Assembly: GCA_046583315.1 (NCBI GenBank) | Contig: JAYGCN010000108.1 | Coordinates: 1-39,564 of the forward strand | Direction of reading: 5' to 3' | Length of the DNA: 39,564 nucleotides | Source of the DNA: Candidatus Hydrogenedentota bacterium | GTDB taxonomy: Bacteria > Hydrogenedentota > Hydrogenedentia > Hydrogenedentales > GCA-2746185 | Shown: piece after piece, positions 19,899 through 29,188 of the stretch | How positions within the stretch are numbered: the stretch's first letter is position 1 | Layout of the letters: every line of letters begins with the position of its first letter | Notes under the pieces: model-generated | Databases searched by the model: none | Told to the model about the DNA's origin: nothing | The model's input: the letters and a program-made list of their open reading frames with translations, nothing else | Program-made: the position numbers and the translations under genes

Positions 19899-20879
19899 TT
19901 GAATCAACCAGCAGTTGTAGCCAATGAGTCCAGTATTGAACAGGCCCACGAAATAATTGAAGCTTTGATTGACAATATTGAAACGGTCATGTATGGCAAG
20001 CGAGAGGTGATTCAACTGTGCATCGTTGGACTGCTGGCGCGCGGGCATCTTCTTATCGAAGACATTCCCGGCATCGGCAAGACCACCTTGGCTCAGGCCC
20101 TGGCCTTATCGATCGATTGTGATTTCAACCGCGTACAGTTCACGAGCGATATGTTGCCGGCCGACATCCTGGGCGTTTCGATCATCAATCCGAGCACCCG
20201 GGAGTTTGATTTCCGCAAAGGTCCGGTTTTCGCCAACATTGTTCTTGCCGACGAAATCAATCGTACGCCACCCAAAACCCAAAGTGCATTACTCGAAGCC
20301 ATGAGCGAATCCCACGTCACGACGGACGGCATTACCCGTCAGTTACCATCGCCCTTCATGGTGTTGGCCACTCAGAATCCTATCGAGTACGAAGGTACTT
20401 ATACCTTACCCGAAGCGCAACTCGATCGCTTCCTGCTGCGAATCTCAATTGGCTACCCCGGAGGTGACGACGAGCTTCGCATTATGCGCAGGCACGACCC
20501 GCAACCGCTTCTGGATGCGATAAAGCCGAATTTGACAGGAAGCGACGTCAAAACCTTGCAGGCCATATCACAACAAATCCGCATTGAGGATTCGGTCGCG
20601 GCCTACATGCTGGCCATCGTGCAAGCCACCCGGGAGCACCCGGATATTCGCCTCGGGGCGAGTCCCCGCGCGTCCCTGGCACTCTACGAATCGTGTCAGG
20701 CCTATGCGCTTGTCCAGGGGAGGGACTACGTGACGCCGGGCGACGTGAAAACGCTGGCACCCCCCGTTATGTGTCACCGAATCATCGCGAAATCACACGG
20801 AGGCAACAGAGTCGCGACCACGCACGAGCGCGAGATGGTGATGAAAGAAATTTTGAACACTGTGCCGGTTCCCGCGTAG
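19899..20879 (+). CDS. moxR: MoxR family AAA+ ATPase
   Basis: LIEDIPGIGKT, RVQFTSDMLPAD, LADEINR, ATQNPIE, LPEAQLDRF, GASPRAS; GAGGAG RBS. Confidence 0.93.
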   Translation: MNQPAVVANESSIEQAHEIIEALIDNIETVMYGKREVIQLCIVGLLARGHLLIEDIPGIGKTTLAQALALSIDCDFNRVQFTSDMLPADILGVSIINPSTREFDFRKGPVFANIVLADEINRTPPKTQSALLEAMSESHVTTDGITRQLPSPFMVLATQNPIEYEGTYTLPEAQLDRFLLRISIGYPGGDDELRIMRRHDPQPLLDAIKPNLTGSDVKTLQAISQQIRIEDSVAAYMLAIVQATREHPDIRLGASPRASLALYESCQAYALVQGRDYVTPGDVKTLAPPVMCHRIIAKSHGGNRVATTHEREMVMKEILNTVPVPA

Positions 20880-20894
20880 TTACAGGTAGACGCG

Positions 20895-21968
20895 ATGAAA
20901 GCAGAAGACCATAAGAAGCACAGAATCAGGCTTAGGCCGGGAGGATTCATTTTCTTCCTGATCATCGTCCTGCTCCAGCTTACCGCGTTCAATACGGGCG
21001 AGAACCTTTTCTACCTGGTTACCGCAGCCGTCATCAGTATCATGATTCTTGCCCTGCTGGCGACGCGCGTCGGCGTTCGGCACTTGAGCCTCTCGCGTAA
21101 AATTCCCGAATCCGTGCATCGTGAGGAACCCTTTGGCTCGCTACTTTCTTTGAGAAACGAGCAGCGTGTCTGGCCGGCTATCGGACTGTCGCTTTCCGCA
21201 GATGGCTGGGATAAACCGCTGTGGCTCGAAGCAATCGCGCCCGGCGAAACCGTAGAGCTGCGGGCGTATTCCACCATGGTCAAACGCGGGCTACACCCAT
21301 TGCCGCCGGTCGTCGTAGCTACGTCGTTTCCCTTCGGACTATTCGAGCGTCGCTATGCCCCAATAGATCGAGAAACGATTTTGGTGTATCCAAAGGTCTA
21401 TACGCTGACGAAACGCGTACTCGACGAGCTGGACGACAGCGGTCAGACACCAAAAGTTTCGTTCAATGATGGTGACGAATTTTATTCCCTTCGCGAATAT
21501 GTACCCGGCGACGACATTCGTCACATCTCCTGGAAAATCAGCGCACGAATCGGAAAGCTTATTCTAAGAGAGTTGGAACCCAGTATTTCGCGAATGGTCA
21601 TGCTGGTTTTCGATACCCGTTGCGATGTGAAGACCGATTACGACGAAGAACAACTCGAGCGCACCATGGATCTCGCCGCGTCTCTGGCGGTTTCCCTGTT
21701 GGGCCTCCATTTTTCCGTCGGACTGGTGCTACCCGATGCGCAAGTCTCTCTGGGTCGAGGCAAGATGCACCTGAAAACGATTCTCGAAACCCTCGCACTC
21801 GCTCAGCCCCAGGCCTACGATGCGTATGCTGATGAATGGTACGAAAACGATGGTGCGCATGCCGATGCCTCCAAGATATTCCTTTCCGCCGATCCATCCC
21901 AATGGGGTGTCGCGAACATTCGCGGTCGTGGCCACATCATGAACCCCGACGAGGCGCTTCATGGTTGA
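20895..21968 (+). CDS. DUF58 domain protein with N-terminal TM helices
   Basis: FPFGLF, LVYPKV, EFYSLREYVPGDDIRHISWKISAR; position after moxR. Confidence 0.9.
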   Translation: MKAEDHKKHRIRLRPGGFIFFLIIVLLQLTAFNTGENLFYLVTAAVISIMILALLATRVGVRHLSLSRKIPESVHREEPFGSLLSLRNEQRVWPAIGLSLSADGWDKPLWLEAIAPGETVELRAYSTMVKRGLHPLPPVVVATSFPFGLFERRYAPIDRETILVYPKVYTLTKRVLDELDDSGQTPKVSFNDGDEFYSLREYVPGDDIRHISWKISARIGKLILRELEPSISRMVMLVFDTRCDVKTDYDEEQLERTMDLAASLAVSLLGLHFSVGLVLPDAQVSLGRGKMHLKTILETLALAQPQAYDAYADEWYENDGAHADASKIFLSADPSQWGVANIRGRGHIMNPDEALHG

Positions 21969-24171
21969 TAAATCTTCGAAATTGCTTCGCCTCTCAATCG
22001 CGATACTCGTGTTCACCAGCCACATGGGTCTGGGAACCACGTTTCGCTATAGCCAAATAAGCTCGATCATTCCGCTGACGGTCATATTGGCCATGCCGAT
22101 CGGGGAATGGCTGGACCGTTCGTTCCCGGTATACCGAAAAATAACCAATCTGATCACCATCGCCATGCTGCTGTTTTTGCCGTTACTCGCATTGCAGTCC
22201 GATCTGATGGATACGGTTATCGTCTTGTTCATGTACATCCAGATTTACTCTATGGCCCACGAAAAAAGACGCCAGGAGTATTACCACGTGATTCTGATGT
22301 CGTTCTTCCTGCTCGTCGCCGCACTGGTCATGTCCCCCTCGGCGGCGATGGGTCTCGTGCTCTTCTTCTTTATTCTGTCCGGCTCCAGCGCATTGTTACT
22401 GACCGATTGGCACAACCAAATCATCATCTCGACACCGGTCACGCCTGACAGCCGGGTCAATAGCAAAACGAAGAGCGTTGGGACATCCAGACCCCTTCGC
22501 GTTGTGCCAGCCATGAGCCTATTGATGGTCGCCATTCTCGGAATGACCAGCGTATTGTTCGTATTTCTGCCCCGTACCCAGGCCGGACTCCTCGGGCGCA
22601 GTCTTCGCACGGAAGTCTATACGACCGGGCTTTCGGATGGCATTCAGCTCGACGTGAGCGGGTCCATCGCCAGCGACTCCAGCCCCGTCATGCGTGTTCA
22701 ATTCAAGGGCGTGTCTGATGGCCGATTCGACGCAGAAAAATACTGGCGGTCCACGACGATGGACAAATACACTGGCACGAGTTGGTCGCGCCAAGGATTA
22801 TCCACCAGTGTTCGCAGCGCGCAAAGGGAAGTGCTTGGATACCGAACCGTACCTGCCCTCTCGAGCCAGGGAGGCATGGTAGGCGTAAACAGACAAACGA
22901 TGTCGCCCGACCACTCCACCGTCACATACGAAGTATTCGTAGACAACTACCCCGAGGGTGGGTTTCCGCTCCTGAGTACCGTTATTGACGTGGCCCCCAA
23001 ACAGAAAACCAGAAACCTTCGAATGTATTGGGAACAAGGCGGGGACTTTACCGTCAATCTCAACTACCGTAGCGAACTGAAACCTTACTTCGTGGCAACC
23101 TCCCAACTGCTCCGCCCAAGCCCGGACGAACTGCGACGTTCCAGCGATGCCTATATGGATGTCATGGTACCCAGCGACTATCGGCTCTTGACGGACCATG
23201 GACTCGAGCCTCGAACGGTCGAATTCACTCTTGATCTGGTAGAGGGAATGGCAACCGACTATGACAAGGTCATTGTCATAGAGGCCTACTTGGGCGGCGC
23301 GGAATTTGAATACACCAGGCAAATACCGCTATTGGATCCGGATCACCCGATTGAGAGTTTCATACACGAAGCCCGCGCCGGGCACTGCGAACTCTTTGCG
23401 AGCTCGATGGCTCTAATGGTGCGCAGCCTCGGCGTGCCCGCGCGCGTGGTCAGCGGGTATCGGGGCGGAGATTGGGATGCCAGCGACAAGTCCTACACCA
23501 TTACCAACAACATGGCCCACTTGTGGGTCGAAGTATACTTTCCCGATTATGGCTGGATTGTCTTTGACCCGACCCCATCCGATGCCGAGCTTGTGAGGAC
23601 TTCGTTTCAACAATTCATGAATACGATGGCGCGCTATTCACTCAAGGCACGCATTTTCTGGCTCCAATACGTGATCGGATTTTCGCCCTCGGAGTCGGTT
23701 ACCTTCTTTCGGGACAAAGCCTTCGGTCTCATCCGTGAACTGTTCGCCCCGGAGTCATTGGAAGACGAGGAGATTGGTAAATTAGCCTGGCCCCAGGGCT
23801 CACAAGGGGTTTTGCTGGGATTGTTCGTGACCGCATTGTTCGGGTGTACGTTGTTGGTGACGTTATTGGGTGTTCGCCTGTTGAAGCGCCCAAAGAGTAG
23901 AATGTTGAACGGCGATCAGCTTCGCGCGAAACAACTGTATATTCAACTTCAAAAAACGCTGTTACGTCTGGAGATCGTGGGGAGAAACGAAACCGCTGAA
24001 GAGGTCGCCGCGCGCTTGAATTGTTTTCCGGAATCGGTTTGCGATGAATTGCGGAAGTTTGTGGATCGGTATCACGACGCTCGATTCGGATTGACTCCGC
24101 TGTCAACGAACGAATTCGATCACTTTCGCGCCCTGATCAAGAATCTTAAACTGCCCGCGCCGTCGCACTAA
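21961..24171 (+). CDS. Membrane transglutaminase-like protein (TgpA/DUF3488 type)
   Basis: Multiple N-terminal TMs, FVFLPR, TGLSD, YWR, triad GHCELFA...AHLWVEVY...FDPTP; 8-nt overlap with the DUF58 gene. Confidence 0.92.
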   Translation: MVDKSSKLLRLSIAILVFTSHMGLGTTFRYSQISSIIPLTVILAMPIGEWLDRSFPVYRKITNLITIAMLLFLPLLALQSDLMDTVIVLFMYIQIYSMAHEKRRQEYYHVILMSFFLLVAALVMSPSAAMGLVLFFFILSGSSALLLTDWHNQIIISTPVTPDSRVNSKTKSVGTSRPLRVVPAMSLLMVAILGMTSVLFVFLPRTQAGLLGRSLRTEVYTTGLSDGIQLDVSGSIASDSSPVMRVQFKGVSDGRFDAEKYWRSTTMDKYTGTSWSRQGLSTSVRSAQREVLGYRTVPALSSQGGMVGVNRQTMSPDHSTVTYEVFVDNYPEGGFPLLSTVIDVAPKQKTRNLRMYWEQGGDFTVNLNYRSELKPYFVATSQLLRPSPDELRRSSDAYMDVMVPSDYRLLTDHGLEPRTVEFTLDLVEGMATDYDKVIVIEAYLGGAEFEYTRQIPLLDPDHPIESFIHEARAGHCELFASSMALMVRSLGVPARVVSGYRGGDWDASDKSYTITNNMAHLWVEVYFPDYGWIVFDPTPSDAELVRTSFQQFMNTMARYSLKARIFWLQYVIGFSPSESVTFFRDKAFGLIRELFAPESLEDEEIGKLAWPQGSQGVLLGLFVTALFGCTLLVTLLGVRLLKRPKSRMLNGDQLRAKQLYIQLQKTLLRLEIVGRNETAEEVAARLNCFPESVCDELRKFVDRYHDARFGLTPLSTNEFDHFRALIKNLKLPAPSH

Positions 24172-24174
24172 GTA

Positions 24175-25401
24175 TTAGCGACCCAATAGAAGCGTCACCC
24201 GGTTTTCGTCCCACAATGCGACCCCGATATCCAGCTTTCCGTCTCCATTAAAGTCTGCCGAGCAGAGTGCTTGCGGAGACCCTTTCTTAACCGTATATTT
24301 TTCCCTTTTGAAGGTTCCCAGGGAAGCATCTTTCTTGGTCGTGTTCGTGAGGATGATGATCTTTCGCGAGGCCGCGCAACCGATCGCCAGATCCGGCTTC
24401 CCGTCCTCATTGAAGTCCTCCACGAGCACGTCGCGAATATCCGATTCGATTTTCTTCCGGTCCTCTCCGAACAGGAGCTCCTGAGCAACGGAAAACTCGA
24501 ATTTTCCGTCACCGTAGAAGATTACGACCGAGTCGTCGGCGTGGCGATGCCCCACAATGAGGTCCTTTTTCCCGTCCCCATTGATATCCCCCAATGCCAC
24601 GGAGGAAGGTAGGGTGCCGCGTGAGGAAAAACGATTCACCTCCTCGAAAGTCCCGTCACCGTTTCCTTTCAGCAAAGCGATTTCATTGGTGCTATACAAC
24701 GCGATGACCAGATCCTTGTTGCCATCGCGGTCGAAATCGTGCGATGCCAGGTCGCGCGGGTTTCCAGCAATAGGAACAAGCACGGGAACACCGAAGTACG
24801 TATCAGCATCGCCCGGAAAATAGACCAGCGTGTCGCTGGACCAGCCGGTCGCAACAACGTCGCGATATCCATCCCTGTCAAAATCGTCAATAACCAGTGC
24901 TGTAAGACCCGGTGTCGTGAATACCGGATTGCCGACGCCATCTCTACGCTGTGTATACCTCAGTGCTTCATCGTCCACACCAAAATGGTGCGGTTCGAAC
25001 AAATTGTCTCCAATATTGCGCAACAACGATAAATCGCGATTGCGCGTCGCCATGAAATTCACGACCACCAGATCGGGTTCCTTGAGAGCATCAATATTGG
25101 CAATCGCGACGGCATACGGCCCGAAACCTGCGCTCAACGGCGGCTCGGCCACATAGGCAAGCTTTTTCGTGGCGACCAGCAATGAGAGTTCCTCGCCGCC
25201 GGGAATTTCGTCCGAGGGATCGGAGAGATGGCCACGGTTCGCCGTGACGATTTCGGGAATACCGTCGCCATTCAAGTCTGCCGCAGCGATTGAGGTGGGG
25301 AAGGGGCCTACCCGGAATGTAGAGGAGTGAAAACGGAAGCCATCGCCCCAGACTGACCCGGCGACCAGCAACCCGATTGCTATACAACTGCCGATTCGCA
25401 C
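24175..25401 (-). CDS. Secreted FG-GAP/VCBS repeat beta-propeller
   Basis: Signal peptide from GTG 25401; seven DxNxDGxxD-like blades (DLNGDGIPE, NIDALKEPD, DFDRDGYRD, DFDRDGNKD, DINGDGKKD, DFNEDGKPD, DFNGDGKLD). Confidence 0.88.
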   Translation of the reverse strand: MRIGSCIAIGLLVAGSVWGDGFRFHSSTFRVGPFPTSIAAADLNGDGIPEIVTANRGHLSDPSDEIPGGEELSLLVATKKLAYVAEPPLSAGFGPYAVAIANIDALKEPDLVVVNFMATRNRDLSLLRNIGDNLFEPHHFGVDDEALRYTQRRDGVGNPVFTTPGLTALVIDDFDRDGYRDVVATGWSSDTLVYFPGDADTYFGVPVLVPIAGNPRDLASHDFDRDGNKDLVIALYSTNEIALLKGNGDGTFEEVNRFSSRGTLPSSVALGDINGDGKKDLIVGHRHADDSVVIFYGDGKFEFSVAQELLFGEDRKKIESDIRDVLVEDFNEDGKPDLAIGCAASRKIIILTNTTKKDASLGTFKREKYTVKKGSPQALCSADFNGDGKLDIGVALWDENRVTLLLGR

Positions 25402-25405
25402 CAGG

Positions 25406-26398
25406 TTATCCTTTCCCCGTACCGGCCAACCGCGCCGCCATCGTAAACGCTGCACACATGCTGTTCGCCCGCGCCATGTTCTTGCCCGCAATGTCGTAAG
25501 CTGTGCCATGATCGACCGACGTCCGAATGATGGGAATGCCCAACGTTACGTTGACTCCCTCATCCATCGCCGCCAACTTCAACGGAATGTGACCCTGGTC
25601 ATGATACATTGCAATCACCATATCAAACTCTCCCTCAAGCGCGCGCTTGAATACCGTGTCCGGCGAGTGGGGACCCGTACACGCAATGCCTTCGCGTTGG
25701 CATTGCTCAATGGCTGGCAAGATAATGTCAGTCTCTTCATGGCCAAAGGCGCCTGCCTCACCGGCGTGGGGATTCAGGCCAGCGACCGCAATGCCGCGAT
25801 CACACATGCCCATACGCACCAACGCGCGATGACCAATATGCACCGTCTCTACAATCCGCTCAACCGTGATGGCATCGAGTGCCGCACGCAAGGGTACATG
25901 ATCCGTGAGGTGGACGATGCCAAGGCGTTCCGTAAACAGACACATTCGATACTCCGGACTCTTCGTCATTTCGGCAATGAAATCCGTATGCCCCCGAAAG
26001 GCGTATCCCGCCCGATGAATGCCTTCCTTATGAATGGGTCCAGTAACAATGCCCTGCACCTCATCGTCTTGTGCCAATCGAACCGCCGATTCCAGCCATT
26101 CCATCGCGCTTCGCCCAGCATCGGCAGACAATACTCCGGGCTGCCTCTCCGGCGCTGCAACGTCGGTATCGAGAAAAGCCAGACCCTCGGACACCGAAGG
26201 CGCCTGAGCGACGGAACCGATTGCAACAGCAGGCAACGACACGCCAATTTCCGCACACGCGGCTTCATGTGCCTGCATCGAACCGAGTACCAGTGGTGTT
26301 GCATGCGCACGCAGCGAGGCATCGGAAAAGGCCTTCGCGATCACTTCGGGGCCGACCCCATTTACATCGCCCATCGTTATCGCTAGAATGGGAAGCAC
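25406..26398 (-). CDS. pdxA: 4-hydroxythreonine-4-phosphate dehydrogenase PdxA family
   Basis: TMGDVNGVGPE, TGPIHK, GHTD, GLNPHAGE, MYHDQG, RTSVDHGTAYDIAG. Confidence 0.93.
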   Translation of the reverse strand: MLPILAITMGDVNGVGPEVIAKAFSDASLRAHATPLVLGSMQAHEAACAEIGVSLPAVAIGSVAQAPSVSEGLAFLDTDVAAPERQPGVLSADAGRSAMEWLESAVRLAQDDEVQGIVTGPIHKEGIHRAGYAFRGHTDFIAEMTKSPEYRMCLFTERLGIVHLTDHVPLRAALDAITVERIVETVHIGHRALVRMGMCDRGIAVAGLNPHAGEAGAFGHEETDIILPAIEQCQREGIACTGPHSPDTVFKRALEGEFDMVIAMYHDQGHIPLKLAAMDEGVNVTLGIPIIRTSVDHGTAYDIAGKNMARANSMCAAFTMAARLAGTGKG

Positions 26399-26484
26399 AA
26401 TTTAATCTCCGTGGTTTCTTTTTGATGCGCACAAGTATAACAGGGCACGAATCGAAAATCGCACACTCTTTAGAAAGGTGGATC

Positions 26485-26856
26485 ATGGATCACACGAGCG
26501 CGCTCAACAATGCATGGGATGTGCAGACCGCCGCATCGCAATTGGGTTTCGATTGGCCGGACATTACCGGAGCATTCACAAAGGTTGAGGAGGAAGTCAG
26601 TGAAATTCGCGAAGCCATGATGGAAAACGACGACACCCACGTGCAAGAAGAACTCGGTGATTTACTGTTTGCGGTAGTGAACCTTAGTCGCTTCGTAAAT
26701 CTTCGTCCTGAGATAGCGCTCAATCGTGCAACCCAGAAATTTCAACGCCGATTTGATGCTGTGAAACAGATTATTCAAGAAGAAAATCGCACGCTTGCTG
26801 AGTGTACACTCGCCGAAATGGATGCCGTTTGGGAGCGCGTGAAGGGTGCGGAGTAG
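26485..26856 (+). CDS. Single-domain MazG-like nucleotide pyrophosphohydrolase
   Basis: GFDWPD, KVEEEVSE, EELGDLLFAVVN, KFQRRF, EMDAVWERVK match the MazG C-terminal domain; AAAGGTGG RBS. Confidence 0.85.
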   Translation: MDHTSALNNAWDVQTAASQLGFDWPDITGAFTKVEEEVSEIREAMMENDDTHVQEELGDLLFAVVNLSRFVNLRPEIALNRATQKFQRRFDAVKQIIQEENRTLAECTLAEMDAVWERVKGAE

Positions 26857-26952
26857 TGCCGAAAAAAATAACTTGACTTGAGCGTAGAAATAAGGCAATA
26901 TTTACGCTTGTAAATTCAGCGAACCACCTTTGTTTTCAGGGGTGAAATGCAC

Positions 26953-26983
26953 TGTGGATAACCTGTGGATAACCTGTGGATGT
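26953..26983. promoter_or_regulatory. Tandem DnaA boxes, putative oriC
   Basis: TGTGGATAA (reverse complement TTATCCACA) at 26953-26961 and 26964-26972, degenerate TGTGGATGT at 26975-26983; 11-bp period; upstream of dnaA with an AT-rich tract at about 26861-26915. Confidence 0.8.
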
Positions 26984-27230
26984 ACCATTTTCCGCTCGCC
27001 CGGACTGTCCCGGTGCGTAGTGATTAAGCATCATTGGAGAGATGGTGCCTGCTGAATTCGCAAGCACTTGAATCGTGATTCGGTTACGCACCAAGGGGCG
27101 ATTAAGTTGTTTGATTACAGGGTGCTAGGTGAACGATTCGATGGTAAGAAACTGGCGTAAATTTTGAGAAGACATTGACGTGATCGGGCCTTGGTCGGCT
27201 CGTGTGGTAAGCGTGTACGCGCCACATCAA

Positions 27231-27239
27231 TGTGGATAA
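27231..27239. promoter_or_regulatory. Perfect DnaA box in the dnaA leader (autoregulation or oriC)
   Basis: TGTGGATAA 4 nt before the AGGAG RBS of dnaA. Confidence 0.75.
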
Positions 27240-27253
27240 GTTTAGGAGATACA

Positions 27254-28627
27254 ATGACCAATCAGGTGGATCCGTGGGTTCAGGCGCAGGGGCATTTGCA
27301 AAACATTCTTGACGAACACAGTTATAAAAACTGGTTCGCACAAACTCGATTTAAATCATACGACGACGGAAAACTCACGATTCAGGTCCCCAGTGAGTTT
27401 TTCGCTAAATGGTTGAGGGACCACTACATGGATGCCGTCAGCCAGTCAGTCAAGCTCGTTCTGGCCGACTTTGAAGATGTCGAATTCATACCCGCATCGG
27501 AGACGGTCACCCCGACTACTCTTTCGCAGGGGCCTGAATCGATCGCGCGATCGCCGGTAATTTCCAAAGCCTTGAAAAAGTCCGCCCGTTCCACGCGGAA
27601 AATCTCTGGACTTAATGATCGATACTCCTTTGATAAATTTATCGTGGGTTCCGGGAATCGATTCGCCTACGCCGCCGCCAAGGCCGTGGTCGAATCCCCG
27701 GCGCGTGCCTACAACCCGCTTTTTCTGTACGGACATACCGGATTGGGCAAGACCCACCTGATGCAAGCCATTGGTCGCGAAGTATTACGTCGCACACCAG
27801 ATGCGAGCGTCGTGTTTATATCCTCGGAGCAGTTCACCAATCAGCTCATCGAAAGTATCGCGAAAAAATCGACCCAACGCTTTCGCGCGAAATACCGTAA
27901 AGTCGACTTTCTGCTCATCGACGATATTCACTTTATCGCCGGCAAAGAAGCTACGCAGGAAGAATTCTTCCACACCTTTAATGTACTTTTCGATATGCAC
28001 AAACAAATCGTTCTTTCCAGTGATCGCGGCCCCAAGGATATCCAGGGCCTCGAAGATCGTCTCGTGTCCCGTTTCGAATGGGGACTCGTTACCGATATCC
28101 AGCCGCCCGACATCGAAACGCGTGTCGCCATTTTGCAGAACAAGGCCGTCGACGACAATATCGATGTACATCCCGATATTCTGCGCTACATTGCCAGCTG
28201 CGTAACCAGCAACATTCGTGAGTTGGAAGGCGCTCTCATCACCGTTGCCGCGTATGGAAAATTGACCGAACGGACCATCACCATGGACCTCACCGAACAG
28301 ATTCTGCACGATTTGATCGGCAGTGCCAAGATAAAATCCATCAGTGTTGAAGGCGTACAACGCGCCGTCGGCGAACATTTCGATGTTCGACTGTCCGATA
28401 TGCGCAGCCGCAATCGACAACGCCAGGTTGCCTTTCCGCGTCAGGTTGCGATGTACCTGTGCAAACATCTGGTCACCAATATCACGCTCAAAGAGATCGG
28501 CGAGGCATTCGGCGGAAAAGATCACTCAACCGTCCTTCATGCATGCCGAAAAATTGAGGAAATGAAGATCGCGGATCAGGTTTCCCGCCAGCTGCTTATC
28601 GTTCTCGAACGCGATATCAGGGCATAA
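27254..28627 (+). CDS. dnaA: Chromosomal replication initiator DnaA
   Basis: YNPLFLYGHTGLGKTHL, LLIDDIHF, QEEFFHTFN, SRFEWG, NIRELEGAL, FGGKDHSTV; AGGAG RBS. Confidence 0.98.
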   Translation: MTNQVDPWVQAQGHLQNILDEHSYKNWFAQTRFKSYDDGKLTIQVPSEFFAKWLRDHYMDAVSQSVKLVLADFEDVEFIPASETVTPTTLSQGPESIARSPVISKALKKSARSTRKISGLNDRYSFDKFIVGSGNRFAYAAAKAVVESPARAYNPLFLYGHTGLGKTHLMQAIGREVLRRTPDASVVFISSEQFTNQLIESIAKKSTQRFRAKYRKVDFLLIDDIHFIAGKEATQEEFFHTFNVLFDMHKQIVLSSDRGPKDIQGLEDRLVSRFEWGLVTDIQPPDIETRVAILQNKAVDDNIDVHPDILRYIASCVTSNIRELEGALITVAAYGKLTERTITMDLTEQILHDLIGSAKIKSISVEGVQRAVGEHFDVRLSDMRSRNRQRQVAFPRQVAMYLCKHLVTNITLKEIGEAFGGKDHSTVLHACRKIEEMKIADQVSRQLLIVLERDIRA

Positions 28628-28668
28628 TAGTCGTTGGTGCCTGTAGCGCGTTGAACAAAGGAGGCCGA

Positions 28669-29184
28669 ATGGCAGTGTTACAAGTCGTATACTACCCTGA
28701 CGATCCTCTTACGTACAAGGCTGCTCCCGTGGATGTCTTCGACGAGAAGCTTTCTGAATTGGTCGAGAACATGTTTGAAACCATGCATGAGTATAAGGGG
28801 GTAGGCCTTGCCGCGCCACAAATCGGGCTCGGCAAACGACTCTTTGTCCTTCAAGAACCCGAAGGTCTAGAAATGTGCTTCGTTAATCCCGTCATCCTGA
28901 ATGCCGAAGGCCGCGAAGAAGGTGAAGAAGGATGCTTGAGCATGCCGGAAATTTATGCCCAGGTATTCCGAGCCGTGGAAATCACGGTTGAGGCCCAAGA
29001 CTTACAGGGCACGAAATTTACCCTGGAGGCCTCCGATTTTCTCTCGCGCGTCATTCAGCACGAAAGCGATCACCTCGACGGCATCTTTTTCCCGGAACGA
29101 CTCGATATATTCTCCCGTCAGGAAAAGCTTCAGGAATGGGAAGTCGTGCGCAGGCGTATGGAAGCGGAATCGCAGGGGGCCTAA
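28669..29184 (+). CDS. def: Peptide deformylase
   Basis: GVGLAAPQIG, EGCLS, QHESDHLDG; AAGGAGG RBS. Confidence 0.96.
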   Translation: MAVLQVVYYPDDPLTYKAAPVDVFDEKLSELVENMFETMHEYKGVGLAAPQIGLGKRLFVLQEPEGLEMCFVNPVILNAEGREEGEEGCLSMPEIYAQVFRAVEITVEAQDLQGTKFTLEASDFLSRVIQHESDHLDGIFFPERLDIFSRQEKLQEWEVVRRRMEAESQGA

Positions 29185-29188
29185 ATGC

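Noticed and set aside
26071..26484. N-terminal extension of the MazG ORF
   Set aside because: It overlaps pdxA on the opposite strand and has no MazG motif; a good RBS precedes ATG 26485.
26952..26983. 11-bp direct repeats as a CRISPR or iteron array
   Set aside because: There are no spacers and no cas or rep genes; the unit is a DnaA box.
27102..27341. Small ORF divergent to dnaA as possible rpmH
   Set aside because: No L34 motif (MKRTxQP...HGFRxRM), and it overlaps the dnaA start.
28955..29188. Extended recR ORF suggesting a def-recR frameshift fusion
   Set aside because: def is complete with its own stop at 29184, and RecR homology begins at ATG 29189.
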